DNA from: Neodothiora populina
Taxonomy: Eukaryota
NCBI RefSeq assembly: GCF_041146345.1
Contig: NW_027191415.1
Location: 1,240,001 to 1,304,000, forward strand
Direction of reading: 5' to 3'
Length of the DNA: 64,000 bases
The position numbers were made by a program, and so were the translations under genes. Shown one piece after another: positions 38,501 to 50,672 of this stretch. The notes below the pieces were generated by a model that searched no databases, was not told the DNA's origin, and saw only the letters and a program-made list of their open reading frames with translations. Position 1 is the stretch's first letter; every line of letters begins with the position of its first letter.

Positions 38501-40132
38501 AGCCGCCACAAATCGTACGACTCGACTATGTTTTTTTTGACCCTTTGGGGCCTGTCGTGTGTCAAAGCGGTGTGGCTGGAGAGACAAGTTCGCAAGCTGT
38601 GATTGGTCAGAGGAAGGTCAAGCATTCACCCGCAGCAGCTCGCAGTACGATAAAACGGGATTGTGTCAGGGACCGGTGCAGGATGCATGCAGCGATCTTT
38701 TGGCGGCAGAAACGAAGAAAAAAGCCAAGGTGGTCTGATTCTATATACAGTACATGCAGCCTTGTACGTTGCGTAGTAAGAGGATCGATGGTAAATCCTG
38801 AGAGTCATAGTAGTAGCTTCTCTGGTAGGAGCCATTGGCGCATAAGTTGTGCATCCTTCGTCGTGACATTCTGCATATCCATTGCAAAGACGAAATGCAA
38901 TTTACACAAAGGGGTGGGGGCGCCGAAACAGAAAAGAGCATAAAGGAGATTAAAGGTTAGGGTAGTGTATGGTTGACTTGATATTATGCGATGGAAACCC
39001 AGTATCGACGCGCCGCCGCCGCCGTCGCCGCGTTTGGCTACGGAGCTATTTTGTGCAGAGTGACTACTGTACCCCAGACTTTGCCTTTCCCTGGTGGGAG
39101 AAAGTGTGGCTTCGGGATTGTCATTACATGTACCACATGGAGCTCAGGGGATCAACGGTGGCAGGGCACAGAGAGAGGCGTCAGATTGGAAATGATGCAC
39201 ATCTTAGATTGCATGCATGCATGAAATGATAAGGAAAAAAAAGTTGAAGAGCAGAGAGGAATCAAGGCAGCAGCACAAAGAGGAAGACAAAAAGACGTGT
39301 GTCTCATCTTTCCCGGCTATTGTACTTCCAGTCTTAATCTGGGTTTCCCCCTTTGTTGAAGATCACCCAGAGACAGAGAGAACCAAGTATCGCTTCCGAG
39401 TGGAGCTTGTTGTGTCTTGCACCGTAGATTTGTGGATATACTATACTGTAGCTCCAAAGTGTCCTGTAGCGCGTCCCGCTCCCGCGTCCTTTTGGTCGCA
39501 AAATACAGTACCTTACCTGACCTTACCGTACTGCGATAGCCTTAGTTGTGCCCGCCAACACTCCGTCTGAGCAGACCGCCGCTTTCGCTGTTTACCTAGT
39601 CGAGGTATTCTTCCCAAGTTTCCCTTGTCCCTCTGTTGTCTTTGCTTGGTGCTGTCGTCGTCGGTCAAGTATCAGTCACGTCGGGGATATTGTTTTCTTC
39701 TCGTCCAACTTCTTGACTGTTAGTGTGCCCCCTACCCTTCCAAGCCTACCTCGGTACCTGCCTTTTCTTTCCTGCATGAAGTCAGGTACTGTACCTACCC
39801 CTAGTGTATAGAACTGTGGCTGACTTTTATGGACGACCGAAAGGCCAAGACATTCACGACTGTCACGATTATCTTTTGTTATACAATTGCCTGGTGGATG
39901 ATTCATGTTGCACATCTGAGCAGTCGGGAGTATACGAGATAAACCAATTCATTCATTGATTCCCGCCACGACACGACTCTCTCAACCTGACACGATCCTT
40001 CATCCCCCCCTTTCTGAGCTAAATCAGACAAGAGACTCTGCTCTTTCTCGAGTGGAAGCTACTTTTCACGCGACAGGTGAAGTGGTTGTCGGAGTAGAAG
40101 GAGGAAAGGAGAACAGAAAACAGAAAAAAAAA

Positions 40133-43100
40133 ATGCTGGGCTCATCTCTAATACCAGCGCGGTGGCGAGCATTATACGGCTCTCAAGATGCCAACAAGTC
40201 GTCGTCGTCGTCGTCGTACAACAGATACATCACGCCTGTGCTGAAGAAGGCATCGAACCGCGCCTGCACTCACCCAATCCACACGATAGTGCTGATCGCC
40301 CTGGTTGCAAGCACGACGTACATCTCTCTGCTCGAGACCGGGCTGTTTGAGCCGTCGTCCAGGAGCGCGGCAGACAAGGTCGACTACAGCGCCCTGGCTG
40401 CCGGCAGCAGGACTCTGCACCTGGGCCCCGAGACGAGCTGGAAGTGGCAGTCGGAAGAGCAGGGCGCGCAACACGTCGACGGACAAGACCACCTCGCTCT
40501 CATCTCTCTGACCTTTGGCGACTCGTACCTCGGGAACAACCCGTCGTCCAATGCTGCTCCCTCTGCTCAGGCTGTGCCAGTGCCCGCCGACAGCAAGGCC
40601 GAGATCCTCCCCTCGCGCTCCTCGTCTTCTCTGTCCACCGACGACACCCTCGCCTTCTCTCTTCCTTCGCACGAGGCTCCCCGTTTTCTTGCCGCCATCC
40701 GCGAGGTGCCAGCCACGGGCAGGGCCAATAATGCCGCCGAGTCTGACGCCGGCGTGCTCGACGATCTCCCCGAGGAAAAGAGATGGATCATGAAGGCGGC
40801 AAAGGCTGCGGACAAGCCATTCACCCTCAGCGGCTGGGCCTCGGACTCGTGGACTGCATTTGTCGATCTGATCAAGAACGCCGAGACTCTCGACATCATC
40901 ATCATGTCTCTGGGCTATCTCACCATGCATCTGACCTTTGTGTCTCTGTTTCTGTCCATGCGCCGCATGGGCTCCAACTTCTGGCTGGCCACCTCGGTTC
41001 TGTTCTCGTCGGCCTTTGCCTGCTTGTTCGGCTTGATCGTGACCATGAAGCTGGGCGTTCCCGTCAACGTCGTCTTGCTTTCCGAGGGCATTCCTTTCCT
41101 CGTCGTCACTGTGGGATTCGAGAAGCCCATCATCCTGACGCAGGCCGTGCTTTCTGCCTCTCTCGACCGCAGCCGCGCCGACCAGAGCGCGAGCGGTGAG
41201 CAGGCCCCTCTGACCATCCAGAACGCCGTCCAGGTCGCCGTGTCCGAGCAGGGATTCGCCATTGTGAGAGACTACCTGGTCGAGATCACCATCCTGGTCG
41301 CCGGCGCCATGTCTGGCATCCAAGGCGGCATCCGCCAGTTCTGTTTCCTGGCCGCCTGGACCCTGTTCTTCGACTGCATCCTGCTCTTCACCTTCTACAC
41401 TGCCGTTCTCACCATCAAGCTCGAGGTCAACAGGATCAAGCGACACGTCGCTCTGAGGAAGGCGCTCGAGGAGGACGGCGTCAGCCGCAGTGTCGCCGAG
41501 AAGGTCGCTAGCAGCAACGACTGGCCCAGGAAGGATGTCGGTCTGCACATTGCCGGAGAGACGACTGTCTTTGGCCGCAAGATCCGGGACAGCAGCATCC
41601 CTCGCTTCAAGGTGCTCATGGTCTCTGGCTTTGTTCTTATCAATGTCATCAACCTTGGCACTCTTCCCTTCAGAGGTGGCCACAGGAACAACTCTCCTCT
41701 TGCATCTGCCGGTCTTGCCAGCGTCGTCGCTCAGCCTCCCATCGATCCCTTCAAGGTTGCCGGAAATGGTCTCGAACACATCTTCCAGCAAGCCATCGCC
41801 CGTCACCAGCCCACTTCCGTCACCGTTTTCAATCCCATCAAGTATGAGCTCGAATATCCTTCCGTTCACTACGCTCCCGCCGACGAACTCGCCCCTGACT
41901 GGACCTTCGCCGACGGCCTTTTCTCCAGCATGGGCGGCAAGATGGTCGAGGGAGTCCTCAAGAGCTTCGAAGATCCCGTCCTCAGCAAATACATGGTCAT
42001 TGTCTTGGCCATCTCTCTGGTCCTCAACGGCTATCTCTTCAACGCCGCGCGCTGGACCATCAAGGAGCCCCAGCGCGAGGAGGCTGCTCCAGTGAAAGAA
42101 ATCGTCCACGTTCCTGCACCTGTTGTCCATGTCGAGGAAAGCGGCCACGTTGATGACGAGAAGACGAACGGCGGCGATGCCCATCTGCCCAATGGCAACC
42201 AGAAGCGCACCAAGCAAGAGTGCGAGCGCATTCTTGCCGAGAAAAGGGCACCGACCCTGGACGACGAGGAACTGATCGAGCTCGCTCTCCGCAACAAGAT
42301 CCCTGGATACGCTCTCGAGAAGACGCTCGAGGACAAGACTCGTGCTGTCAAGGTTCGACGCGCCGTCATCTCTCGCACTCCAGTTACCCACCATGTCTCC
42401 AGCCTGCTCGAAAGCTCAAAGCTTCCGTATCTTCACTACGACTACGACCGTGTCTTTGGCGCTTGCTGCGAGAACGTTATTGGTTACATGCCTCTGCCGC
42501 TCGGTGTTGCTGGTCCCATGATCATCGACGGAAAGTCTTACTACTTGCCCATGGCTACCACCGAGGGTGTTCTTGTGGCTTCTACCAGCAGAGGTGCCAA
42601 GGCCATCAACGCAGGCGGTGGTGCCGTCACTGTTCTCACCGCCGATGGCATGACCCGTGGTCCTTGCGTCGGATTCGAGACACTCGCTCGCGCCGCAGGA
42701 GCCAAGGTCTGGGTCGACAGTGAGGTTGGTCAGAAGGTCATGAAGGAGGCGTTCAACAGCACTTCTCGATTCGCCCGATTGCAACAACTCAAGACCACTC
42801 TCGCCGGGACTTATCTCTACATCAGATTCAAGACGACTACTGGTGACGCCATGGGCATGAACATGATCTCCAAGGGAGTCGAGAACGCTTTGGCCGTCAT
42901 GAGCAGAGAGTCTGGATTCGACGACATGGCTATCATATCTGTTTCTGGAAACTACTGTACCGACAAGAAACCCGCCGCGATCAACTGGATTGACGGACGA
43001 GGCAAGTCTGTCGTCGCCGAGGCTATCATCCCCGGTGACGTCGTGCGCTCCGTCCTGAAGTCTGATGTCGATGCTCTGGTCGAGCTTAACATCAGCAAGA

Positions 43101-43675
43101 ACTTGATCGGTAGTGCCATGGCCGGCAGTATCGGTGGATTCAACGCCCATGCCGCCAACATTGTGACTGCCATCTTCCTTGCTACAGGCCAGGATCCCGC
43201 GCAGAACGTCGAGAGCAGCAACTGTATCACCGTGATGAGAAAGTGAGTCTTTTCTTGCATTTGTTTCTGCTCTTCCAAACACATGCTAATCTCTCTGTCT
43301 AGTCTCCACGGCAACCTGCAAATCTCCGTATCCATGCCCTCGATAGAGGTCGGCACGATAGGAGGCGGAACAGTGCTAGAGCCCCAATCAGCCATGCTCG
43401 ACCTTTTGGGCGTGCGAGGCGCCCACCCGACCAAACCAGGCGACAACGCGCGCCAACTCGCCCGCATCGTGGCCGCCGGTGTGCTCGCAGGCGAACTGAG
43501 TCTCTGCTCCGCTCTGGCCGCTGGTCATCTAGTCAAGGCGCACATGAGCCACAACCGATCCGCCGCGCCCACGCCGGGTCCCAGCAGGAGCCAGACGCCT
43601 GCGCCGGGGCTCATGTCGTCTTCTGGCGCGGGTTTGAAGCCACTGAGTTCTTCTGCTTCTGCTACGGGTCGGTGA
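40133..43675 (+). CDS. HMG1: 3-hydroxy-3-methylglutaryl-CoA reductase (class I, with HPIH and sterol-sensing domains); exons 40133-43242, 43303-43675
   Basis: [23 protein letters not shown] (SSD), [43 protein letters not shown] and catalytic GHLVKAH. ATG in an A-rich context. Confidence 0.98.
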
Positions 43676-43847
43676 TAGAGCGAGACGAGTAGGAAAGAGG
43701 GTTCGGATCGCGGCCCGGTCCGAGTGGGTTCTCACATATATATAAACAACATTGTCTTCTTATTTTCAGCTTGTGCAACCATCCGTTGTTCCTCGTCATA
43801 TTGAAGAAAAGCTCTCGCATCGAAAAAGGCGCGCGGTTTTCTATTGC

Positions 43848-44200
43848 ATTATTATTATTATTACTATTTTTCCCATGCCCTACAGCTTTTTCCGGTCCTT
43901 GATTGCCTTTTATCGTCATGATTCTTCTCCCATCACGATAATGTTCCTTGCGCCTGTGTGAAGGTGCTACCTCGTGAGACGTGATCGTTGTTCGACTCGG
44001 TTTGCATGATCTGGTCCGCGAGACATTTCAGTCGACTTAGGGCATCTGAGTAGGCCCGGGGAAGTTCCGTGGTTGGGTTGGATTGGGTTTGGTTTGGATT
44101 GGATGGATCAAATCCGGCTTTATACAGTGCATATCTTCTCTTCAGAACAGGAACAGGAACAGGGAGAAATGGAAGTAGAAGTAGAAGTAGAGGTAGAGAG
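43848..44200. repeat. Microsatellites in the HMG1/SPA2 convergent gap
   Basis: (ATT)n ~43848-43865; GGRTT-like pentamers ~44071-44105; (GGAACA)n ~44145-44162; (GAAGTA)n ~44172-44190. Confidence 0.85.
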
Positions 44201-45005
44201 AGAACGGCGGGGTGTTTATCATCTCATCATCTTCTAAAGAGAATAACAGGAAGGCAAGGGCGGAAAAGGGCACTACTTATCGACTTGCTCAACGACCTCT
44301 GCTCCTCCTCTTTTCTATGTTGTGTTTTCCTATCTCTCATATGCTATGTTCTTCCCCTTGTGTTCTCCTGGTCTTACTCCAGTTCCTACTCCGTATAACT
44401 ACGCCCTACACCCAGCCTAGTTCTCACATACTCTACTTGCCTGCTTTATGGTTCTATTGTTTGCCAACCCATCTCAGAGCTCCCGTGCTGCAAGTGACCA
44501 TGCCAGTGAATCGATGACGAAGAGAAGGCGGAACAGAAGGATGATCATAGTAGTTATAATGACGATATAGAAGTATATCGTTCGGTCTGCCCTACGCCCG
44601 TTTTCTGCCCTTCCCTGACGTTGCGTCGTGCGAGGGAGGGAGGGCAGGGGAAATAGATACGTGCGTGTAAATGAGAGAAAGTAGGATGAAGAGTCAGAGC
44701 CGAAGAATTAAAGATGTGATGATTGGTTCATCTTCCGTCCGTCGAGAGCAAGCGAAAGAAAGGGAAAGAAAAGAGGAGAAGAATATCCGATAAACACCCT
44801 CTCCTCTCCTCTGCTCTCTTTCCTTTCCTTCCTTTCTCTCTTTTCAGTAGTAGTGATAGAAAATAGAAAATAAAATGTATACATGTTCTTTTCTCGCCTC
44901 CCTGTTCAAAGGATATCTATCCAAGGGCGCAAAGCAAAAATCAAAGAACAAAAGAGTGATTGATATCCATCCACCCTCGATTTCGTGTATAGAAAATAAA
45001 AAGAA

Positions 45006-48000
45006 TCAAACGTAATCGTCATCGTCACTGTCCATGCTCTTGTGACTGATCGAAGGGCTCTTGAGCATGTTGAACCACCCACCAATACCGCCGCCGCCGT
45101 TCTTCTGCGCGTCGCTTGTTGCTCCTGCTCCGCCAGCAGCCTCTGTCTGTCCTGAAGTAGGCGGTGGTGCTTGCCGGATCTGAAACCCGCCTTTGATGAT
45201 GGGGCTTTCCATGCCCGCGTCCGAGTAGTCGTCGTAATGAGGCACTGGGGGCTCCGGCACGGTCGCTTTGGTCGGCGGGGTCTGCACTGCGGCCGCTAGT
45301 GCTGCTGTTGACGGGCGGGTTTCGTTTGCGTCATTGGCGCTTTGATGGACGGGTGGTTCTCCCTGGTGGTGAGAGGGGTTGTCGCCAAAGGCGCGTGAGT
45401 GCAGCTGTAGAGGGGCAATGCCGGCGTCTGAGTAAGGGTTGCCGTCGCTTCTGTCGTCGTTGTCACGACGGTATCCGTCGTACTCGTGGTCTTGACGAGA
45501 AGAAGAGTAGTCGTTTTGGTGCTGATCGATATTCCTTTTCAGTGCAGACGACGAAGACAGAGATGCGTTCTTGTTGTGCAGAGGTGCTACGTCCAGACTG
45601 CCATGCTTCAAATCGTCTGGCGATGAAGGTCGGATGCCGACGATCGTCAATAATGCAATGACCGACGCTGTCAGATTCGCGGCCGCTGCATCCAGATGGG
45701 AAAGCGGTGCTAGACCGTGAGAAGTGGCGTGGGTGCGAGTCGCAGTGACCAGTCTGTTCGCATCGCGAGTGATCTTGGCTTTCAACGCGGTCGGATGAGT
45801 GTTGGTTCCTCCAGTCGTTGATGCTGCCATTGACGATCCCCGACCATTGTGAGACGTGCCTACGGGTGAAGAGGCAGAAGGCGAATGGATGCTCGTCAAG
45901 TCGCCATCAATGTCGACAACCATGGCTTTGACCGCCCGAATGACCGACTTGACCTTTTCGAGCGGCAGCTCCAGATCAGCGTGGTCGCGGGCGGCATACA
46001 CCAACTCATCGACAGAAACTTGGTAAGCAGAAACATCGACGTCTCTGACCAGCCCGTCCTCCCGCATGAGTGCTTGAGCTCGTGGGCCATCAGCGTCTCC
46101 GTGACGCTTCTTCAACATGTCATCGGCCTCGTGCTGTAGACCCAGTCCGATGGTGCTCGCGCGCAGGCTCCTGATCTGCGTGCGGGCCTTGGTGTAGCGG
46201 CTCTTCCAGTGCTCAGTCTCTTGTTCCAGAGAAGTTATTTGGTTTCGAAGCTGCTCTTCTTTCTCCAGAGCGAGCTCGGATTGCTCAGACAGCAGACGCA
46301 TCTCCTGCAGGAATTGTTCTGCGTTCCGACGGACTTCCTCGGTCAGGGCACGCTGTGCGGCAAGCTCTTGGCGTAGTTCAAGCGTCGACTGCTGCGTGCT
46401 GTCGTCGCTCGATTTCCTGGAATGTTGCTGCTGTTTGGCAGATTCTTGCTGTGTGGCTTGCTCTTCTCTCAGATGCTCAACCTCGCGACGCGCTTCCTCG
46501 AGTTCGACTTGCAAATCCGATATGGATCGCTCCGTGTGTGCGCGCAGGTCGCTCTCGGCCTGGCTCCTGTCTGTATGTGACTGCTCGAGTTCTTCATGTA
46601 AATTGTCGAGTGATTGTTGCGAAGCCATGAGTCGTGTATCCAAGTCGGCTTTTGCCTGTGTCCATTCGTCCTTTTCTTTTGCCAGAGTTTCCGCTCGCTG
46701 CTTGCTTTCTTCTGCCGCCGCTTCGGTGCCGTCCAGTCGTTCTTGTAGTTCGTGCACCCGCTCTTTCAGTTCTGCTACTTCTGTCTCGTATTCTCTCATA
46801 CGTTCGCTTTCTGCAGCGCTCGCCCCGGTCGATCGTTTGGCATCGAGTGCTTTCTCGAGCCCCAGAGCTTCGTCCTCTTCCTCGTCCGTCTCGTCGTCTT
46901 CCACCATTGTGCTTTTGTTGGGGACGATGGTGCTGCTCTGGGATGTCTGCGGCATGGGCCGCATGTCGGGAGGACCACCCTGGGCAAGACTTCCCGCTCT
47001 GCTCCGTGAGTCCAGTCTCGGAGGGATGTGACCTTCTTTGGACGGCGAGTATTGCGGACCGTAGCCTCCTGGACCGGGAGGGCCGCTTGGTCTCCTGCCA
47101 GGGGTTCCCGGGCCTCGAGGATAGCCGTTGGGTGGAGGACCACGCATGCCGCCTTGCCGACTGGGAGCTCTTCCGCTGGCCGAACTCCCAGGTCGGTCCA
47201 TGTCACCAGAGGTGAGTCTGGGCATCCTCCGCTCGAGCTCATAGAAAACATCGGTAGCTAGCTGTCTGAAGCGGTCGGGCGGCAGAGTGCTGAGCTTCTG
47301 TCGTGCTTGGTTCCGCTTGGGATGGAAGGTCTGCTTCGGCGGCAGAGACGGAGGGACGCCGCCGCCTGGTCGCTTTCGATCGTCCTCTCTCCTGAGGAGT
47401 TCATCGTAGACGTCTGTGCTCAGTTCGTGGAATTGAGTGGCCGAGAGTCGGAGCAGCTTGTCTCTGGCTCGCGTGGGTCGCGTGTTTCCTTGTTCGTCCC
47501 TCAGATAGACTGCCAGAAAGATCTTGAGCATGTCATAGTGTCGCACCAGCGACTCCTCGACGCCAGGCTTACCGCCCGACGGGGCCGGACCGCGACCGAA
47601 CTCGCTGACGGTGGGCGAATAGAAGCCGCTGCCGGCGCCATCGCTGGCTCGTGAGATGGAGCTCGCCGACGAGAGGTGGCTGTTGGCAACACTCATTGAT
47701 CGGTTGGTCGAGGGGTGGCTCGAAAGGCTGGCGTCGGTGGATCCGCTTGGATGCTGCGATATAGGAGGCGATCGCTGTGACGGCGGCACCGGGCCTGACC
47801 TGCTGATGAAGCCGTTGCTGCTGCCGCCAAAGTGCGAATGTTGCGGCGATGTGTTTGGGGGTGCTATTGTGACTGATGTGCCTGCACTTCCTGCGTTGGC
47901 CGCCGAGTATGGATCTCCTCCGCCAGCTCCCATGCCCGCACCCAGACCCATGCCCCCCATGTTCTGATACTGGCCCAGGAAATTCGAGTCGTTGCTCTGC

Positions 48001-48050
48001 ATTGACAACGGTGAGGCTGTCCGCATGCGAGGTCCGGGGTTGTGCATCAT
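45006..48050 (-). CDS. SPA2: Polarisome scaffold Spa2 (SpaA) homologue
   Basis: Tandem Spa2-homology (GIT_SHD) repeats RARDKLLRLSATQFHELSTDVYDELLRR and HPKRNQARQKLSTLPPDRFRQLATDVFYELERR; TIVPNKSTMVEDD; long coiled coil; C-terminal GLAPLSHLDAAAANLTASVIALL helical bundle. Confidence 0.93.
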   Translation of the reverse strand: MMHNPGPRMRTASPLSMQSNDSNFLGQYQNMGGMGLGAGMGAGGGDPYSAANAGSAGTSVTIAPPNTSPQHSHFGGSSNGFISRSGPVPPSQRSPPISQHPSGSTDASLSSHPSTNRSMSVANSHLSSASSISRASDGAGSGFYSPTVSEFGRGPAPSGGKPGVEESLVRHYDMLKIFLAVYLRDEQGNTRPTRARDKLLRLSATQFHELSTDVYDELLRREDDRKRPGGGVPPSLPPKQTFHPKRNQARQKLSTLPPDRFRQLATDVFYELERRMPRLTSGDMDRPGSSASGRAPSRQGGMRGPPPNGYPRGPGTPGRRPSGPPGPGGYGPQYSPSKEGHIPPRLDSRSRAGSLAQGGPPDMRPMPQTSQSSTIVPNKSTMVEDDETDEEEDEALGLEKALDAKRSTGASAAESERMREYETEVAELKERVHELQERLDGTEAAAEESKQRAETLAKEKDEWTQAKADLDTRLMASQQSLDNLHEELEQSHTDRSQAESDLRAHTERSISDLQVELEEARREVEHLREEQATQQESAKQQQHSRKSSDDSTQQSTLELRQELAAQRALTEEVRRNAEQFLQEMRLLSEQSELALEKEEQLRNQITSLEQETEHWKSRYTKARTQIRSLRASTIGLGLQHEADDMLKKRHGDADGPRAQALMREDGLVRDVDVSAYQVSVDELVYAARDHADLELPLEKVKSVIRAVKAMVVDIDGDLTSIHSPSASSPVGTSHNGRGSSMAASTTGGTNTHPTALKAKITRDANRLVTATRTHATSHGLAPLSHLDAAAANLTASVIALLTIVGIRPSSPDDLKHGSLDVAPLHNKNASLSSSSALKRNIDQHQNDYSSSRQDHEYDGYRRDNDDRSDGNPYSDAGIAPLQLHSRAFGDNPSHHQGEPPVHQSANDANETRPSTAALAAAVQTPPTKATVPEPPVPHYDDYSDAGMESPIIKGGFQIRQAPPPTSGQTEAAGGAGATSDAQKNGGGGIGGWFNMLKSPSISHKSMDSDDDDYV

Positions 48051-48296
48051 TGCTTCAGTCGCTATGTTGACGGAACAGTCCTTGTGCCTGTTCCCAGTCC
48101 ACTATGCCAAGTGGACGTGTATGGGGATACGAGGGTGATCTCCTACAGCTGCATGGACCAGAAGTGTTTCGCGTCTGCAATCACAAACCTGGGACTCTGG
48201 ATCTCCCTAATCTATATTGCTTTGTACGGACTGGATCCAGTTGTCTTGTCCGACGTGCACGTGTCTACGCGGTCGGTACAGACTCGGCGCAAGCGG

Positions 48297-49308
48297 TGTG
48301 CTGTGTGCTGTGTGCTGTGCTTTGGCCGGAGATGGGGAGATATGAAAAAGCAAGGAGCGGCGCGCGCACGATTATTACCGAGGAAATCTTATGTCTGTAA
48401 GGACTGTCGACGGTAGATTGGGACAAAAGGGAAAACGAAAAGACGAGTGGGTCAGAAGAAGGGGAAGGGTGGGAGAGAAAAAGCGGACAAGACACGAAAC
48501 CGAGAGATGGTCAAGATGGAAAAGCCTCTCTGCCTTCTGTCTGCGGCGCAAAGCAGAGCGAATGTATAGTCACTCCAGTTCCTCTTACAGTAAGGTCCAG
48601 CCAACGACCTGTGGATGCAGGCGAGCGAGGCAGGACAAGCAATGCCAGAATTACCGTACCGCTTTGCATCCGCCGCGCGCCTGGATATGTACAGTCAGTA
48701 ACCCTGGACAACCCCTGATTTGCAGTGGAGGCTTACGGAGCCTGCGCCTGCGCCTGTGCCTGTGCCTGTGCCTGTGCCTTTACCTTTTTGCTTCTGCGAC
48801 TTACTGTACCAGACATTCACTTCGTTCTCCTTTGCTTCCATTCCTTTGCTTCCGTTCCTTTGCTTCCGTGACTCGTCCTGCCGCAACTCTGTTTGTGGCA
48901 TAGTCGCACGCGCTGCTTACACGTCCAGATCATTTCCGGCTAGTCTTGAATCCCCGTCGCTGCCGATGCGCCGACGCTGCTGCTGGCTGCACAGACCTCG
49001 TCCGCTCAGTGGAGTTGATTGGCTTGGCCAACACCCAATCACGGGCATTTGTCGCAAGTGATGGCCATTGAATCTCATCTTAAAATCATTTTAGGGTGCC
49101 ATGCCTTTCTTCTGCTAGAAATCGAAATGACTCTTGGCCTCGGTCGTCGTCGTAATCGCCGTCGCGGTCGGCAGCTGCTGCGATCGTGCTCATAGACTTA
49201 AGTCGTACTAGAAGTTGACGATGCGATGCGGTGCGATGCTGCCATGTGGTGAAACTCCAACAAGCACGACGTTACCTATCTCGTGTCGAACATTTACATC
49301 ATCACCAG

Positions 49309-49341
<33 letters not shown>

Positions 49342-49351
49342 TATCATCATC
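48297..49351. repeat. Microsatellites upstream of SPA2
   Basis: (TGTGC)n ~48297-48320; (CCTGYG)x6 48741-48776; (CAT)n 49309-49351. Confidence 0.9.
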
Positions 49352-49920
49352 GTTGTCGTTGATTGTCACCCATTTCGACGTTTCACTGGGGCCGTAATGT
49401 TGTTTAGAGGACCCGGAACCTTGATGGGAGAATCCAATGTCCACATCCCGGGGGGACGAGCCCTTGGTTTCTGCCCTATAGCCTACAATACTGTTCACAT
49501 TGATATCTAATCCGCTTCAACGTCGACGGTTCACTGTCGTGCCTTTGTCGTCTACAGATGAGGCGCCTCGGCTCGCTCCGTCATAGCTTCCTCCGGGTGT
49601 ATATGTAAATATGGCCGTACAGCTGTAGCCTCGTGTCAACAGCAATAGCAGTGTGTGCTTTGTGTCATGCGAGCGCCACGGCTTGTCGTGTTTGCTCCGT
49701 GACTTTTTCTTTCGACCCGGGTGAACCTTACTGGGTGACCTAGAAGTCAGCGTGCCTTATTCGTTGAGGCCTATTCCACAGTATACCTTGACTCGCTATT
49801 GCCCGCACACACTTCATACGCGAGGCTCGCTCGGGTAACAACCTCGTCGCCAAAGACAACATCGACTAAATAAAGTACAGCCAAGCGCCTCTGCATCTTG
49901 GCTCATTGCAACACAAAGAT

Positions 49921-50672
49921 ATGTCGGCCAATAATGCTCCAGACCAGTCACGTCTACCATACTGGCAGGTGAACGTGCCTATAGACAAACGACCCGCAGA
50001 ATGTCCTGACTTCCTTGCCGATGCCAACGAGAAAGACAGAGGCATTCTCGCCACTCCGGACTCACAATACCACCGCTTCACGTGGCCCGAACTCAAGGAG
50101 CTCATCCGGACCAATCGCATAGACCTGTTCCAGCGTAAACCTACCGACCTCCGACGTTACAAGGAGTACATGTTCCAATTGAAAAGAGAACATGGTAGCG
50201 TTATGGATTTTGTCATGAAGGAGAGGTTGCATTGGAATGATCTACAGGCGAAAGGGGCGCCTTTTACTATCCCAAGTATCGCATGATCTGCCACTCCGCC
50301 CGTGTCCCCGATTAGCTGACATGCAATGCAGGCGACCTTAAGATATTGTATAATGATTGGCCTTATGGCATTGACAAGCGTATTGTACATCTAGTCGTCT
50401 GGACCAAGTTTCCATTCGACGAAGACACGGAGACGGGCGATCTGACTGCCAAAGCGAGAAAGGAAATCGACGACTATGTCAACGAGACTTTTCGCTCAAA
50501 GATGCCAGCGGAACATGTTATTTGGTTCAAGAATTGGGCAAGCTTGAAGACGATTCACGCCATCGAGCACTTTCATGTCATGCTATTTGATGCCGATAAA
50601 GATTTCTTGAAGGTAATCACGAATGCCGATGTGGCCATGGCAGACAAGTTTGTCGGCTCGGCCGAGGACTAA
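49921..50672 (+). CDS. GIG1: DUF3605 / N-acetylglucosamine-induced protein 1-like; exons 49921-50275, 50332-50672
   Basis: LPYWQVNVP, TWPELKELI...RKPTDLRRY, DLKILYNDWPYGID...HLVVWTK and WFKNWASLKTIHAIEHFHV (HIT-like). Confidence 0.88.

Noticed and set aside
38955..38963. GGTTAGGGT (and CTAACCCT at 9850-9857) as a telomerase RNA template or telomeric seed
   Set aside because: About 3 such 9-mers are expected by chance in 64 kb, and no supporting pseudoknot or CR4/5-like element is visible.
39956..40132. TTG-initiated N-terminal extension of HMG1
   Set aside because: ATG 40133 has a strong A-rich context and matches the expected position before the HPIH domain; the upstream frame shows no targeting or domain character.
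40172..42394. 740-aa antisense ORF opposite HMG1 (also 42416-43282)
   Set aside because: In-register shadow of C/G-ending codon bias; no recognisable domain.
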